A stretch of DNA of 64,000 nucleotides, from the IMG/VR virus record IMGVR_UViG_3300031998_000005. One strand, written 5' to 3'. The notes below the pieces were generated by a model. It made no database searches. It saw only the letters and a program-made list of their open reading frames with translations, and had not been told where the DNA came from. This DNA is from a virus. Its lineage: Duplodnaviria > Caudoviricetes. Below, piece by piece: positions 1 to 9,774 of this stretch (positions are counted from its first letter, which is position 1; each line of letters starts with the position of its first letter). Both the position numbers and the translations under genes were made by a program.

Positions 1-563
1 GCTTTCTTGCCAATTTTGGAACGGAATTTCGCACGGGCTTCGTTGCAAGCCTTTTTACGGGCTTCGGCAGAACCCTGCTTGGATTCAGCCTTCTTCGCAG
101 CACGGCGGGCTTCAAGACGCTTGCGGAACGCTTCTGCACGAGCCTCATTACGGGCGGGAGCAGTAGCCTTGTTAGCAGAACGTCTGGCTTCAAGACGCTT
201 GCGGAATGCTTCGCGGCGGGCAGCCTTGCGGGATTCTTCTGCGTCCTTGGGTTCTTCGCTACCTTCAACAGACGCAGAACCGAGAACTTCCTCTTCTTCC
301 ACATCTTCCTTGGAGTTAGTGAGAACAGCGACAGTCACCGAGTTTTCGTTTTCCGGGTCGGGAGAAACGACAACCTGGATGTCCTTGTCTTCATCAGCGA
401 AAACGACTTCCGTTTCAGCAGCGTCCAACTTAACGTCGCCAACTTCAACGATGTTGTCATCTTCACGGAGTTTCTTTTCGGCTCTACGGGCTTCAAGACG
501 CTTGCGGAAAGCAAGAGTGCGAGCCTCGTTGCGAGCAGAGATAGAGCGTTTGTGAGTAACCAT
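1..563 (-). CDS. Putative prohead scaffold/core protein (or capsid-protein propeptide), truncated at window edge
   Basis: Not in ORF track. ATG at 563 with AAGGAG SD; MVTHKRSISARNEARTLAFRKRLEARR...; three FRKRLEARR repeats around an acidic block; downstream of the prohead protease. Confidence 0.6.
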   Translation of the reverse strand, partial: MVTHKRSISARNEARTLAFRKRLEARRAEKKLREDDNIVEVGDVKLDAAETEVVFADEDKDIQVVVSPDPENENSVTVAVLTNSKEDVEEEEVLGSASVEGSEEPKDAEESRKAARREAFRKRLEARRSANKATAPARNEARAEAFRKRLEARRAAKKAESKQGSAEARKKACNEARAKFRSKIGKK

Positions 564-842
564 AATAATGGTCTCCTTGTTAGGGTTCTTGTTTTTTCTA
601 GTGAAGCGGGAAACCCGCTCTCCTACAAGGGTTAATTTGTGCGTAATGCACGAATTGGCAGGGAAATTGCCTACCCTTTGACAACAGAATATAATAAAAA
701 AATTATGCGATTTCGCAAAAATCGCAAAGAAAATGTCAAAAAATGTCAAATATAACAAGATACCTAATTCTACGTTGTAGGTAATTTGTTATATAAGGTA
801 GATATAGTATTATATTTATTTTGTATGTAATCCTGTGTGCAT

Positions 843-872
843 ACAAAAAGAGTTCCGATTGCTCGGAACTCT
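843..872 (-). terminator. Intrinsic terminator
   Basis: AGAGTTCCGA-ttgc-TCGGAACTCT stem with T-run on the minus strand, after the 904-2310 gene. Confidence 0.8.
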
Positions 873-903
873 CTTGATGATTTTGTCGTAATTGGAATAC
901 GGG

Positions 904-2310
904 TTAATCCTCTTCGGACCAAATTTTACGAGCGTATTCAGTTGCTTCCGCAGAACCAAAAGGAGAGCCATCCAAAGGACTACCACTCAACACGCCATCC
1001 ACCCATTCTGCAAATTCATCGGCAGTTCCAGAATAACCACCAAAGCCATCCAATTCTCGCATAATGGCATACTTACCAACGATTTCGGCGGCATCAGCAT
1101 CGTTAATCACAAAGTCATCGTTAGTATGCGACAAGATTTCATCACATACTGTATCTAATGCGGTTTCTGCGTTAGATACAACAAAGTGCGAAAGGCTACT
1201 CTCGTTCTTCTTGGAAACACTCTCTTTCTTCTTCTGCATAGAACAGATGTTGGACTTGCTTTCAAAACTACCCCAACCCGTTGCAGGAGTCAGTCCACTA
1301 GGAACATCAAAGCCCTTTTCCTTAACAATCTTAATAAGTTCGGGCATATCTTGGGGGCATTCTGCCATCGCCAACCGCAGGGTATTATTAACCTGGGCTT
1401 GATTACGAGGATTCCAATTTTTGAACATCGGGTGCATTTCTTGTAGTTTGGCAAGGCTTTCCTTCTTCTTCTGCATAGAACAGGTGTGCTTCTTGGCTTC
1501 CTTCTTCTTGGATTCATCCACATAAACAGCATTATACGGACCCATTTCCTTACCCGTAGCACCACGATAAATCATAGACAAGTCATCACGGAAACCAAAT
1601 CCAGGATGCTTAAAGCCACTACCGTCTTCAGCCGTTGCACGATGACGACCGTTCTTCCAAGAATAGTTCATAATGAACTTACCGTTAGAAGTCACATCCA
1701 CGGAGTCATTATCCTTCATCGTAATCTTTATCCCCATTGTGGGATATGCCTTACTGTAATAGTCCTCGTAGTCCTTCCAAAACTGCGGATTACGCCAACA
1801 AGACATCTTACCAAAATCGGGATAGTTCTGGTGAATGTCATACAACATAAACATCTTTTCGTTTTTCTTGGCTTCCTTCTTCTTGGACTCCATCAAATCC
1901 AAAGCAGTAGTCCCTTCCTCGTTCGGCTCGCCATACTTCTTCCAAATGGCTTGGGCTTCATCGTTATACCACTTGACATCAAAATTGTCATCGGTATAAA
2001 CAACCTTGCCAACCGCCATATCGGTGTCCCAAACTTCGCCCGACTTTTCATCATAGGGCATATAGAAGTCGGAGTAGTCCATCACCATCAGATTGCGATG
2101 CTTATAGCCAATCTTGGAACAAAGGGTGTAGCCGTCCTGCTGATACAGGTCTTCTTCTTCATCGTAGCCCTCGCCCCAACCCATAACGAAACACAACTCG
2201 GTCCCGTCATCAGTTGTTTCAAGAGTCTTCCACCACACCACCGAACCCGATGTAGTAAGGGTCTTGATAGCGGTGTTAAAGTCCTTTCCTGTAATCTTCT
2301 TCAGTGCCAT
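904..2310 (-). CDS. Multi-module acidic protein, putative head-cargo polyprotein
   Basis: 468 aa; modules separated by ESKKKEAKK (x2) and CSMQKKKES (x2). Confidence 0.6.
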   Translation of the reverse strand: MALKKITGKDFNTAIKTLTTSGSVVWWKTLETTDDGTELCFVMGWGEGYDEEEDLYQQDGYTLCSKIGYKHRNLMVMDYSDFYMPYDEKSGEVWDTDMAVGKVVYTDDNFDVKWYNDEAQAIWKKYGEPNEEGTTALDLMESKKKEAKKNEKMFMLYDIHQNYPDFGKMSCWRNPQFWKDYEDYYSKAYPTMGIKITMKDNDSVDVTSNGKFIMNYSWKNGRHRATAEDGSGFKHPGFGFRDDLSMIYRGATGKEMGPYNAVYVDESKKKEAKKHTCSMQKKKESLAKLQEMHPMFKNWNPRNQAQVNNTLRLAMAECPQDMPELIKIVKEKGFDVPSGLTPATGWGSFESKSNICSMQKKKESVSKKNESSLSHFVVSNAETALDTVCDEILSHTNDDFVINDADAAEIVGKYAIMRELDGFGGYSGTADEFAEWVDGVLSGSPLDGSPFGSAEATEYARKIWSEED

Positions 2311-2329
2311 AATACACCTTTCCTTTGCC

Positions 2330-3001
2330 TTATTCGGCTTCTACGTTAATTTCCTTATATCCGTCCTTGAACGAATAAGTTTCAAACTGCTTTTTGACTT
2401 CTGCCAAGAACTTATCCGCATTCGCCTGCGTCATCTGTTCTTCGGTCAATTTCATAACCACATCCAGGTCATCTTCGGGATGGCGACCATAGGTATAGTC
2501 AAAACTGCGACTAATACGCCCGTGAAGTGTATGTTCACGCCCAAAGTTGTAAAGCCAAATCTCGGCATAAGCGAAAATCTCGCAACCTTCGCTCCACCAC
2601 TGATTTTCAAAGTCGTAGAAGTCATCGGAACGGAGGTCGCATTCCACGCCTTCCTTCTCGCATTGTTCCTTGTAGGCATCTTCGCACTGCTCCTGCAAGT
2701 AATCGTAGTCCTTGTCAATCTTGTCATCTGCGTAGCCTTGACCGACAATGTTGTAGGAAGTGGTCATCCAAGTCTTTTTAACACCGCCATCGTTGTGGGA
2801 GATATATCCGCTGTAATCATCACGCTCAATATCTTCCACACCATCACCTAGTTCATACCAGGCATCACACATACCGCCACAAGACTGATTCACGTCATAG
2901 TTTTCAAGGATTTCGGTAGCCCCGTCCTTGATAAAACTATCGTAGAACTTCGCCCCTGCGGAACCGCTAGACTCGTGAACTCGGATTTTCATTTTAGACA
3001 T
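2330..3001 (-). CDS. Acidic protein with KIRVHE leader
   Basis: Starts MSKMKIRVHES; AAGGAG SD; D/E/Y-rich body. Confidence 0.7.
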   Translation of the reverse strand: MSKMKIRVHESSGSAGAKFYDSFIKDGATEILENYDVNQSCGGMCDAWYELGDGVEDIERDDYSGYISHNDGGVKKTWMTTSYNIVGQGYADDKIDKDYDYLQEQCEDAYKEQCEKEGVECDLRSDDFYDFENQWWSEGCEIFAYAEIWLYNFGREHTLHGRISRSFDYTYGRHPEDDLDVVMKLTEEQMTQANADKFLAEVKKQFETYSFKDGYKEINVEAE

Positions 3002-3045
3002 AGGACTACTCTCCTTAAATCTTTCTCAATGCTGAAATATACATT

Positions 3046-4026
3046 TTATTTTTCAGTGAACTTGGACAGGTCGGCAGAACAAATCTCGTAAGTGCCCAAG
3101 TTGTAGTGGACTTTATCGCCCGAAGGCTTGACAATGCCCAACTCGGCAAGTTTCTGCAACAGCCTGCCGTCCATACTAGAACTTGCAAAAAATTCATTAG
3201 TGTCTAACGAATACCCAGGCAAGCACACAGAAACATCCGTATAAATCTCGCCATCGTCACACTCGGCAATCAAGGCAATACCATTCGTCATAGCGTATTG
3301 TTCCAAGCGGACCGTGAGATTATTTTCTTCCCCATAGGCTTTATACGTGAAATACTCCGTCCGCTTGCCGATAGGCAACTTACTCTTGCGAGCCTCGGCT
3401 ACGCCTTCTTCAACCTTGTATTTGTTATACATTTCAATGGTCCACTGCTCGGCTTCTTCAACCGATGTGGTTTCCTTGATTTCACTACCATTAAAGTTTT
3501 CTGCAACATTGAACGTGAAAACACTTGCACTCAAACACACTTCCGCATCGGGAGAATACCAAGCGTCTACGACACCTGGAATGTCCGCAAGGTCGTTAAT
3601 GTCGGACAACGAGCCAAACAATTCCCAATCCTTGCCGTTGCTATCCGCAGCAATCTGCTGCAAGGCATCACGGATAGATTCAACATCCACAAAAGCCACA
3701 AGTGCAGGAGCGGACGGCAAAACCGCCTTCTTGTATTCCTCCTGCATAACCTTTTCAACTTCTTCCCTGCTCGGACGGTCCTTAAAGGCAACCATAAGGT
3801 AATTATCCTTTACGGTAGCCCTATCCACGTCAAGGGATATGTTTTCAATATCCCAAGCCACATCGGGGTCAAAATCCTCGGTGCCCTTGAATACCGCAAG
3901 TGCGTGTGCGGTATAACAAGACGGCAAGAAATCCCCAATTTCGTTCTTCAAGGACTGGGGAAGAAACAGGCTTTCGGCTTCCTGTTTCTTGCTCTCGTGC
4001 AAACGGATAGACAATTTCTTGGACAT
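3046..4026 (-). CDS. Leader-bearing protein with C-terminal DUF4313-like domain
   Basis: Likely start MSKKLSIRLHESKKQEAES at 4026; C-terminus (YAMTNGIALIA...EIYTDVSVCL...LGIVKPSG...GTYE) resembles DUF4313 from memory. Confidence 0.6.
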   Translation of the reverse strand: MSKKLSIRLHESKKQEAESLFLPQSLKNEIGDFLPSCYTAHALAVFKGTEDFDPDVAWDIENISLDVDRATVKDNYLMVAFKDRPSREEVEKVMQEEYKKAVLPSAPALVAFVDVESIRDALQQIAADSNGKDWELFGSLSDINDLADIPGVVDAWYSPDAEVCLSASVFTFNVAENFNGSEIKETTSVEEAEQWTIEMYNKYKVEEGVAEARKSKLPIGKRTEYFTYKAYGEENNLTVRLEQYAMTNGIALIAECDDGEIYTDVSVCLPGYSLDTNEFFASSSMDGRLLQKLAELGIVKPSGDKVHYNLGTYEICSADLSKFTEK

Positions 4027-4041
4027 TGTGATACACTCCAA

Positions 4042-4317
4042 TTACTTATATTTTTCCAACTGCTGAAAGACATAACTAAACGCATCGTTAATGCGTTCCT
4101 GCTTTCGGGCGAGATTTTCCGCAATTTCAGTAGCAGTGCCATACGCAGAATCGGCAGCACCATCTTGAATGTCTATAATACTCCCCCAAAGGGATTCTAT
4201 GGGAGAGCGACTACCGATGATAGCAGAAATGTCTTTAAGTTCATCCTGCAAATTTTCAAACTCGCCCTGCAAGGACTCGTTGCTTTCGTGCAAACGGATA
4301 GACAACTTTCTAGGCAT
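4042..4317 (-). CDS. Small helical acidic protein with SIRLHE leader
   Basis: MPRKLSIRLHESNES; directly downstream of the protease. Confidence 0.7.
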   Translation of the reverse strand: MPRKLSIRLHESNESLQGEFENLQDELKDISAIIGSRSPIESLWGSIIDIQDGAADSAYGTATEIAENLARKQERINDAFSYVFQQLEKYK

Positions 4318-4320
4318 ACC

Positions 4321-5358
4321 TTAACCTCCAAGGATGTAAGAAATCAGGCTGCCATCATTGGCTTCGTCCTTCTTGATAGCCTTGGCTTCCAAGACCTTGA
4401 ACGTCTGCGGTGCAGGCTGTTCACGCTCAATGCTTTCGTAAGTAGCACCCGCCTTGCGACGCTCCTTAACGTAATCTTCATTAAGCCCGTTCTTGTTGGC
4501 GAATTTCAACTCACGGATAGTTTCTTCGGACATCTTGATTTCTTCCTGCAAGTCTTCCACGAACTTGACGATAGACTGCTTGATGTCCTCGGTCACCTCG
4601 GTAAAGTCTTCAAACTTATACGTGTCGTTAGAGCCGTCATCGCAGTTGGACATTTCACAGCCGTTCTTGTCAAGGCTTTCAACGATGTAGGTGCTTCCGT
4701 CAAGTTCAACGGGTGCCCCAAGTTCGTTAGCCAAGGAAAGCAGGCTTTCAGCAACACGTTCGTTCACGGATTCTTCAAGGGCTTCCTTCTTCTTGGATTC
4801 CGAAATAACCTTGGGCTGTGCGTCAAGGAAACCAGGGTCTTGAACAAAGTCAAAGCGTTCAAGTTTGTAAGTCTTGGGGTCAAGAATGTCGTTGCCATCT
4901 TCGTCCTTGCCTTCGTAGTCGCCATCGGCACGGGAACTGACATACATCGTAGTTCCTGCACGGAGAATGGTGTAAAGGGTCTTACCCATATCCGTATTGT
5001 AGATGACCGATTCAGCAATGCCCGTCTTCCAATCAATGTTGCGGGTAATATGGGAGAACTTGCCCTCGGCAATATCTTCGTCAGTGATTTCGGCTTCGTG
5101 TCCGATACGACCGAACATCTGTCCGTTCTTGAGTTTGCGTTGCACATCTTCGTCTTGACCCGCAACTTCCCAAAGTTCTTCGGTGTAAAGACGATGATTA
5201 CGGCTTACCTTGCCAGGGCAGAAATGCTGACCCTTGACAATGGCGAGAATAGTGCCGCCGCTCTTGGCAACCTCGGATTGAGCGGACTCGTCCACACGGG
5301 CAATATCGTCCACGAACTCGCACTTAAACGGGATATAATCTTCTGCAATTTTCTGCAT
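4321..5358 (-). CDS. Prohead core protease, T4 gp21-like, with acidic C-terminal extension
   Basis: SRNHRLY, MFGRIGH, FSHIT, GKTLYTILRAG, VSSRADG and FDFVQDPGF match the gp21 motif order. Confidence 0.9.
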   Translation of the reverse strand: MQKIAEDYIPFKCEFVDDIARVDESAQSEVAKSGGTILAIVKGQHFCPGKVSRNHRLYTEELWEVAGQDEDVQRKLKNGQMFGRIGHEAEITDEDIAEGKFSHITRNIDWKTGIAESVIYNTDMGKTLYTILRAGTTMYVSSRADGDYEGKDEDGNDILDPKTYKLERFDFVQDPGFLDAQPKVISESKKKEALEESVNERVAESLLSLANELGAPVELDGSTYIVESLDKNGCEMSNCDDGSNDTYKFEDFTEVTEDIKQSIVKFVEDLQEEIKMSEETIRELKFANKNGLNEDYVKERRKAGATYESIEREQPAPQTFKVLEAKAIKKDEANDGSLISYILGG

Positions 5359-5407
5359 AGTAAACTAACCTTCCTTATCTACAATAGGTGTAAATGCTAC
5401 CACAAGT

Positions 5408-5704
5408 TTATTCCTTGTAATCCATAATCTGCCTAATAAGGGCATCTGCCCATTCATCCATCGGGATTTCATCAAAAGACGAACCCCATACATCGGAGTA
5501 GAACTCATTACTAGGTAAATCATTCATCACGTTGTTAATAAGTTTACCAAACGGACCGCTATTAAAAGAACCTAGACCTAGCATCAGTGTCCACCATCCC
5601 TCACGTATTTTTTCAACGGCACGGATAAGGTCTTCTTTAGATTTTGGTTTTTCAAAATCTTCGTTCTGCTTGGTTTCGTGAACCTTGATAGTCATTCTAC
5701 CCAT
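5408..5704 (-). CDS. Small protein with TIKVHE leader, paralog of 7340-7645
   Basis: MGRMTIKVHET; KEDLIRAVEKIREG...SFDEIPMDEWADAL. Confidence 0.7.
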   Translation of the reverse strand: MGRMTIKVHETKQNEDFEKPKSKEDLIRAVEKIREGWWTLMLGLGSFNSGPFGKLINNVMNDLPSNEFYSDVWGSSFDEIPMDEWADALIRQIMDYKE

Positions 5705-5708
5705 AAGG

Positions 5709-7328
5709 TTATTCTCCTAAAAATTCAATGAGATTTTCATACGGGGTTTCACCGAAATCTTCGTAGTTCAAGTAACTATCGTTAATATCATCCTTATCCC
5801 ATACAGCACGGATATTGTCTAACAACTTGCGGAGCAGTTTCTTATCATATCCTGCAAGGAACGCATTATAGAAATCAATCGCTGTAGGAATAAAGTCGGG
5901 GTCGTGTTCAAGCAACAGGTTAAGTGCTTCTTCATTATTCGTTTCGCCCACGACTCGTTTCCAATCTTCCACAAAATTCAAATCCCGTTCACTATCCCAA
6001 CTATAACGATAGGGATAACTACCATCCTTATCTGCGGGAGCATCTGTGTATTCGTCCCAACCCGCATAAAGCCACGGTTTGTCGGGTGTCGGAGCAGTTC
6101 CCGCAAAAAGTTCCTTCATAGTATCTACATCATTATTGAGAATAGCCCAACCCATAGGGTCGTGGTCATCCACGTAGAACCCATCAGCGGAACTTTCGTG
6201 TGTAACAATATCACCGCTACCATAGACAGAAGCAAGGTCAGCACCGTCGCCACGGGCTTCGGAGTGTTTAGCACGGGGCTTACGAGTAGCCCGCTTTACA
6301 TTTCTTACAAAGTCATCCCACGAATCCCCTGGGTGCTTACGAACGCCTGCTGAAATACCTTTAAGAACAATATCCAAATCGTCCAAAGTATCACAAGTCA
6401 TATGCTGATGACCATACATAATGAAAGACACTTCATAATGCGTTTGAATATCACTAGAACCACCAAGACCCGTGAAAGTTTCAGTGTAGATAATGACTTC
6501 GCCATAGGGAGAATTATAAACTATCTTCTGCTTTTTCGGGTCAATCTTGGCATCGGGGCTGTATTTCTGTGCGACTTTAAGAGCGTCCTGCAACGCCTTA
6601 CGGTCCTTGGCATACATACTGCGATAAGGTGCTTGGTCGCCTGTGCGTTCAAGTTCATCGTCATCAAAGACGGATTCGGTAGGCTTTTCGTTCTTACGTC
6701 CGACCACGCCTGTCGGTGCGACCCCAAGCGATGATGCAGATGCACCATCTTCGTTCTTAAAACCCTTGGACTTCTTCCAAACCGCATATTCGGACGGGTC
6801 ATCAATCTTTGCAATAACCCCGTGGAAACCATCAGTTACCATATTGAACCAATCCTTCACAATCAGTTCAATCGCATCGTAAGCCATATCAAACGGCTCG
6901 TCCTGCAAGCCTTGATTTACAACCGCCACAATGGGTTCTGCACCAACTACGTGAATATCAAGAAGATGGGAGTCCGTGCCCTTACTATAAACGGAGTGGC
7001 AAGCGTCTTCATCCTTACGATAATCCGACTTGACATAGAAATACTTACCGCTCGGATTGTCAAACCCACGGATAAACAATCCCTTAATCACAGCGTTCAA
7101 GTCATCCCATTGGTTAGACAAATCCACATCGTCCAAGACAGATTCCGAAATCTTCGTAGCAGAACGGATAGGAGCGGTCACACTTGCAAGGTCGCCAAAG
7201 TCGCCATAAGTGCGGGGGAGCAAGGATTCATAACGAGCCTGGGCTTCGTCCTTGTCCTTAAAGGCTTCAACTTTCTTCTTGCCGAAGAAATCCGTATAGG
7301 AAATAGTCCAATTAAGTCCTTTTGTCAT
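5709..7328 (-). CDS. Large acidic multi-module hypothetical protein
   Basis: 539 aa in the cargo block; internal KISES, PTES, HSEA and VTHES segments. Confidence 0.6.
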   Translation of the reverse strand: MTKGLNWTISYTDFFGKKKVEAFKDKDEAQARYESLLPRTYGDFGDLASVTAPIRSATKISESVLDDVDLSNQWDDLNAVIKGLFIRGFDNPSGKYFYVKSDYRKDEDACHSVYSKGTDSHLLDIHVVGAEPIVAVVNQGLQDEPFDMAYDAIELIVKDWFNMVTDGFHGVIAKIDDPSEYAVWKKSKGFKNEDGASASSLGVAPTGVVGRKNEKPTESVFDDDELERTGDQAPYRSMYAKDRKALQDALKVAQKYSPDAKIDPKKQKIVYNSPYGEVIIYTETFTGLGGSSDIQTHYEVSFIMYGHQHMTCDTLDDLDIVLKGISAGVRKHPGDSWDDFVRNVKRATRKPRAKHSEARGDGADLASVYGSGDIVTHESSADGFYVDDHDPMGWAILNNDVDTMKELFAGTAPTPDKPWLYAGWDEYTDAPADKDGSYPYRYSWDSERDLNFVEDWKRVVGETNNEEALNLLLEHDPDFIPTAIDFYNAFLAGYDKKLLRKLLDNIRAVWDKDDINDSYLNYEDFGETPYENLIEFLGE

Positions 7329-7339
7329 ACAAGCGACCC

Positions 7340-7645
7340 CTAGCGGTTATGAACCTTGATTTTAAGATGACTTTCAGTCTTGCCATTACCCAGGCTTTCA
7401 AGATACTCAATCATAGCATCGCAAAATTCTGCAATCCGCAGTTCATCATAGGAACGTGGAGCGAACGAATCGCCATACAACGCATCTATAGCAGGGACAT
7501 CTTCGCAGGCTTGGTTGAACCAACCACCATACTCGTTCTCACGCCCAGGAATTACAACGGCATCGGAGTTTATAAGGGTTTCGTTGAACCCATCACGCAT
7601 TTTCTTAAAGCCGTCTATAAGTTCTTGTTTCGTAATGTTAGACAT
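7340..7645 (-). CDS. Small protein ending in a KIKVH motif, paralog of 5408-5704
   Basis: KQELIDGFKKMRDG...SYDELRIAEFCDAM; ends ESHLKIKVHNR; GGAG SD. Confidence 0.7.
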   Translation of the reverse strand: MSNITKQELIDGFKKMRDGFNETLINSDAVVIPGRENEYGGWFNQACEDVPAIDALYGDSFAPRSYDELRIAEFCDAMIEYLESLGNGKTESHLKIKVHNR

Positions 7646-7756
7646 CGGTTGTCTCCGTAAGTAATAAGTTCATCAGTAAAAATAATAACAAAACCAACCA
7701 AGCGGTATGCACCCTACATCAAAATAAGGCATATCCTACGTGATATAACAAGATAC

Positions 7757-8533
7757 CTACGGCTTTTCCACCTCAACATAAGCGTCTGCGGGAACGATGA
7801 CCCTTGTTCCATCGGTCGCCACGTGTTCTTTCCATTCGGGAGTGCCGTTGAAATCCATAGACGCAAGCGGAATCCCGTTAGGATTATACAAGTCCACGAC
7901 AATGCTACGGAGCGGTGCCATCTTCCAATCTGCGAACTCGGACACAAACTGCAAGAACACCTTGACGTTCCAAGAGTAGGAAAACAGGTTGCCCTGTCGG
8001 AAAGACACGAGTTCTTCTGTTCCCAAGTCCTGTATGACAGTCAAGTTCAAGCCTGCCGTATTATACCCGCCCTCGGACGGGGTGCTTCGGTCATCGTAAG
8101 CAAATCGTAAATTTATCGGGACATTATGGATATTTTGATACTCGGCTGCGAACGCCTCGGCAAAATCTTCAATCAGTTCTGCCTTGTTAGACACCAAGAC
8201 ACAGCCCATACCGAAAGACGCAGAAACTGTCTTTTTGAACTTCAACTTGTCATCGGGGGTCTTTCCATCGGCTATACGGATAGAGCGTCTAACAAGATTC
8301 TCCAAAGAATCCCTAGTCCAAAACAGGTAGGAATACGGGTCTTCTCGGACCGTTTCCCTGTCCGTCTGCGACTTGCGTTCCATTTTCTTATTGGCTATGT
8401 CTTGGTCAAGCAGGCGTTGGGGACCCTCGGCATCCGCACCATAAGCGACTTTCATAGACTTATCAAAGCCCTGCCTAGTAAAGAAATTCCGCATTTGAGC
8501 GAAATAAGCCTTGACAGCAATAGACTGCATCAT
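7757..8533 (-). CDS. Putative tail completion/structural protein
   Basis: 258 aa next to spike gene; assignment from context only. Confidence 0.35.
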   Translation of the reverse strand: MMQSIAVKAYFAQMRNFFTRQGFDKSMKVAYGADAEGPQRLLDQDIANKKMERKSQTDRETVREDPYSYLFWTRDSLENLVRRSIRIADGKTPDDKLKFKKTVSASFGMGCVLVSNKAELIEDFAEAFAAEYQNIHNVPINLRFAYDDRSTPSEGGYNTAGLNLTVIQDLGTEELVSFRQGNLFSYSWNVKVFLQFVSEFADWKMAPLRSIVVDLYNPNGIPLASMDFNGTPEWKEHVATDGTRVIVPADAYVEVEKP

Positions 8534-8548
8534 AAATCAAACACCCCA

Positions 8549-9079
8549 CTAGAACAGGACTTTCTGCTGTGCCGGGGTGTGAAGACCCGTAAGCGGACAA
8601 GCCGTCATACAATTCAAGCCCATACTACTACCATCGCCAATCGTTATCATATCCGCTGCGATAGAGAGAATACCCTTGGTTTCCACATTAGTTCCCGCCA
8701 AGGAATGCTCCACACGGAAACCATCATCGCCACCCTGGAACTCAAACTGCGTTCCGTCCTTGCGACCCTTAAAGATATTCTTGCCCAATCGGATATAAAA
8801 TTCATCTGTGGTGTTAGTCCCGTTCAATTCCTGGGCTAGACCCAAGACATAGGCTTCGCACAGGTTTCGGACTTCCACGATTACTTCGTCATCCACTTCG
8901 TAGGAATAAGAAAGGGGTAGCAGGGGTTTTGCCCAAAAGTCAAGGTGGACTTCTTCCTTGGCGTTCATCGTGCATTGGACTTTATAGAAATCCCCTATCT
9001 CCAATATCTTGCAACGGAGAGTATAAGTTCTAGGCGTGAGAGCCTTGCGGAGTGCAGCAGTGCCAAGGTCAAAATTCAT
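8549..9079 (-). CDS. Putative baseplate central spike protein
   Basis: OB-like N-terminus, beta-rich C-terminus ending CMTACPLTGLH (His/Cys apex like phage spikes). Confidence 0.55.
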   Translation of the reverse strand: MNFDLGTAALRKALTPRTYTLRCKILEIGDFYKVQCTMNAKEEVHLDFWAKPLLPLSYSYEVDDEVIVEVRNLCEAYVLGLAQELNGTNTTDEFYIRLGKNIFKGRKDGTQFEFQGGDDGFRVEHSLAGTNVETKGILSIAADMITIGDGSSMGLNCMTACPLTGLHTPAQQKVLF

Positions 9080-9121
9080 ACCCTAAATATAAGTAAATTT
9101 TGTTATATTAGTAAATACCCT

Positions 9122-9772
9122 ATGAAAGCATATAACCACGAAAAAGCCATAATTTCCCTAACTACGTGGAAAGCCCGCATAAATACGGCAGGGCTAACCC
9201 TGTTTAGCCTAATCAAGAAATGTCCAGGTTTCCACATCGTCCTAGTCCTGTCCGAGGACGAGTTCCCCGAAAAGGAAAAAGAACTCCCCGACACCATTAT
9301 GGCTTTCGTGAATCAAGACCTAGTTGAACTACTTTGGGTCAAACGGAACTACAAGGCTTTCAAAAAAGTAATCTTCACGATTGAGAAATATAAGGGAATA
9401 CCTGTCATCAGTGCGGACGATGACTGCCTATACACGTGCAACTATGCCGAAAAACTCTACAAGCGGTGGTTGCAAACGAAGGCTGACGTGGTTAGATACA
9501 CCCCAAGGACAAAACAGATTACCCAAGGTCCTTGCACCCTATATTGTCTATCGCCCACGCTAGTCCAAGAGTTCATCAACTCCCTTACCGATGAACAGAT
9601 TAAGGCTTCACAAGACGATAACGTATTCTCGCAGTTCCTAACCAAGAACGGGATTAAAATTACCACGAACGTCAATAGCAAGTCCTTGCCGTTCGTATTC
9701 CACAACAGCAACAAACCCCTAACCAAAGGGCAACGGAACAAAGCCTGTTATGCCCAATGTTTTTGGTATTGA
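9122..9772 (+). CDS. GT-A fold glycosyltransferase-like protein
   Basis: Likely start ATG 9122; IISLTTWKARI, YKAFKK, ISADDDCLY (DxD). Confidence 0.75.
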   Translation: MKAYNHEKAIISLTTWKARINTAGLTLFSLIKKCPGFHIVLVLSEDEFPEKEKELPDTIMAFVNQDLVELLWVKRNYKAFKKVIFTIEKYKGIPVISADDDCLYTCNYAEKLYKRWLQTKADVVRYTPRTKQITQGPCTLYCLSPTLVQEFINSLTDEQIKASQDDNVFSQFLTKNGIKITTNVNSKSLPFVFHNSNKPLTKGQRNKACYAQCFWY

Positions 9773-9774
9773 CA

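Noticed and set aside
678-695. TTGACA and TATAAT on the plus strand
   Set aside because: Only 6 nt apart and no plus-strand gene follows
3298-5427. 709 aa plus-strand ORF
   Set aside because: Antisense shadow of the protease and cargo genes; no SD or motifs; explained by codon bias of the real strand
5709-6200. Ankyrin-like repeats in the 539 aa protein
   Set aside because: Only a weak resemblance (PMGWAILNNDVDTMKEL) with no regular 33 aa periodicity
8945-9121. Extended starts in the ORF track (also 38965, 54258, 60058, 4041, 53894)
   Set aside because: They overlap neighbouring genes or promoters; downstream starts fit SD, promoter or paralog evidence better
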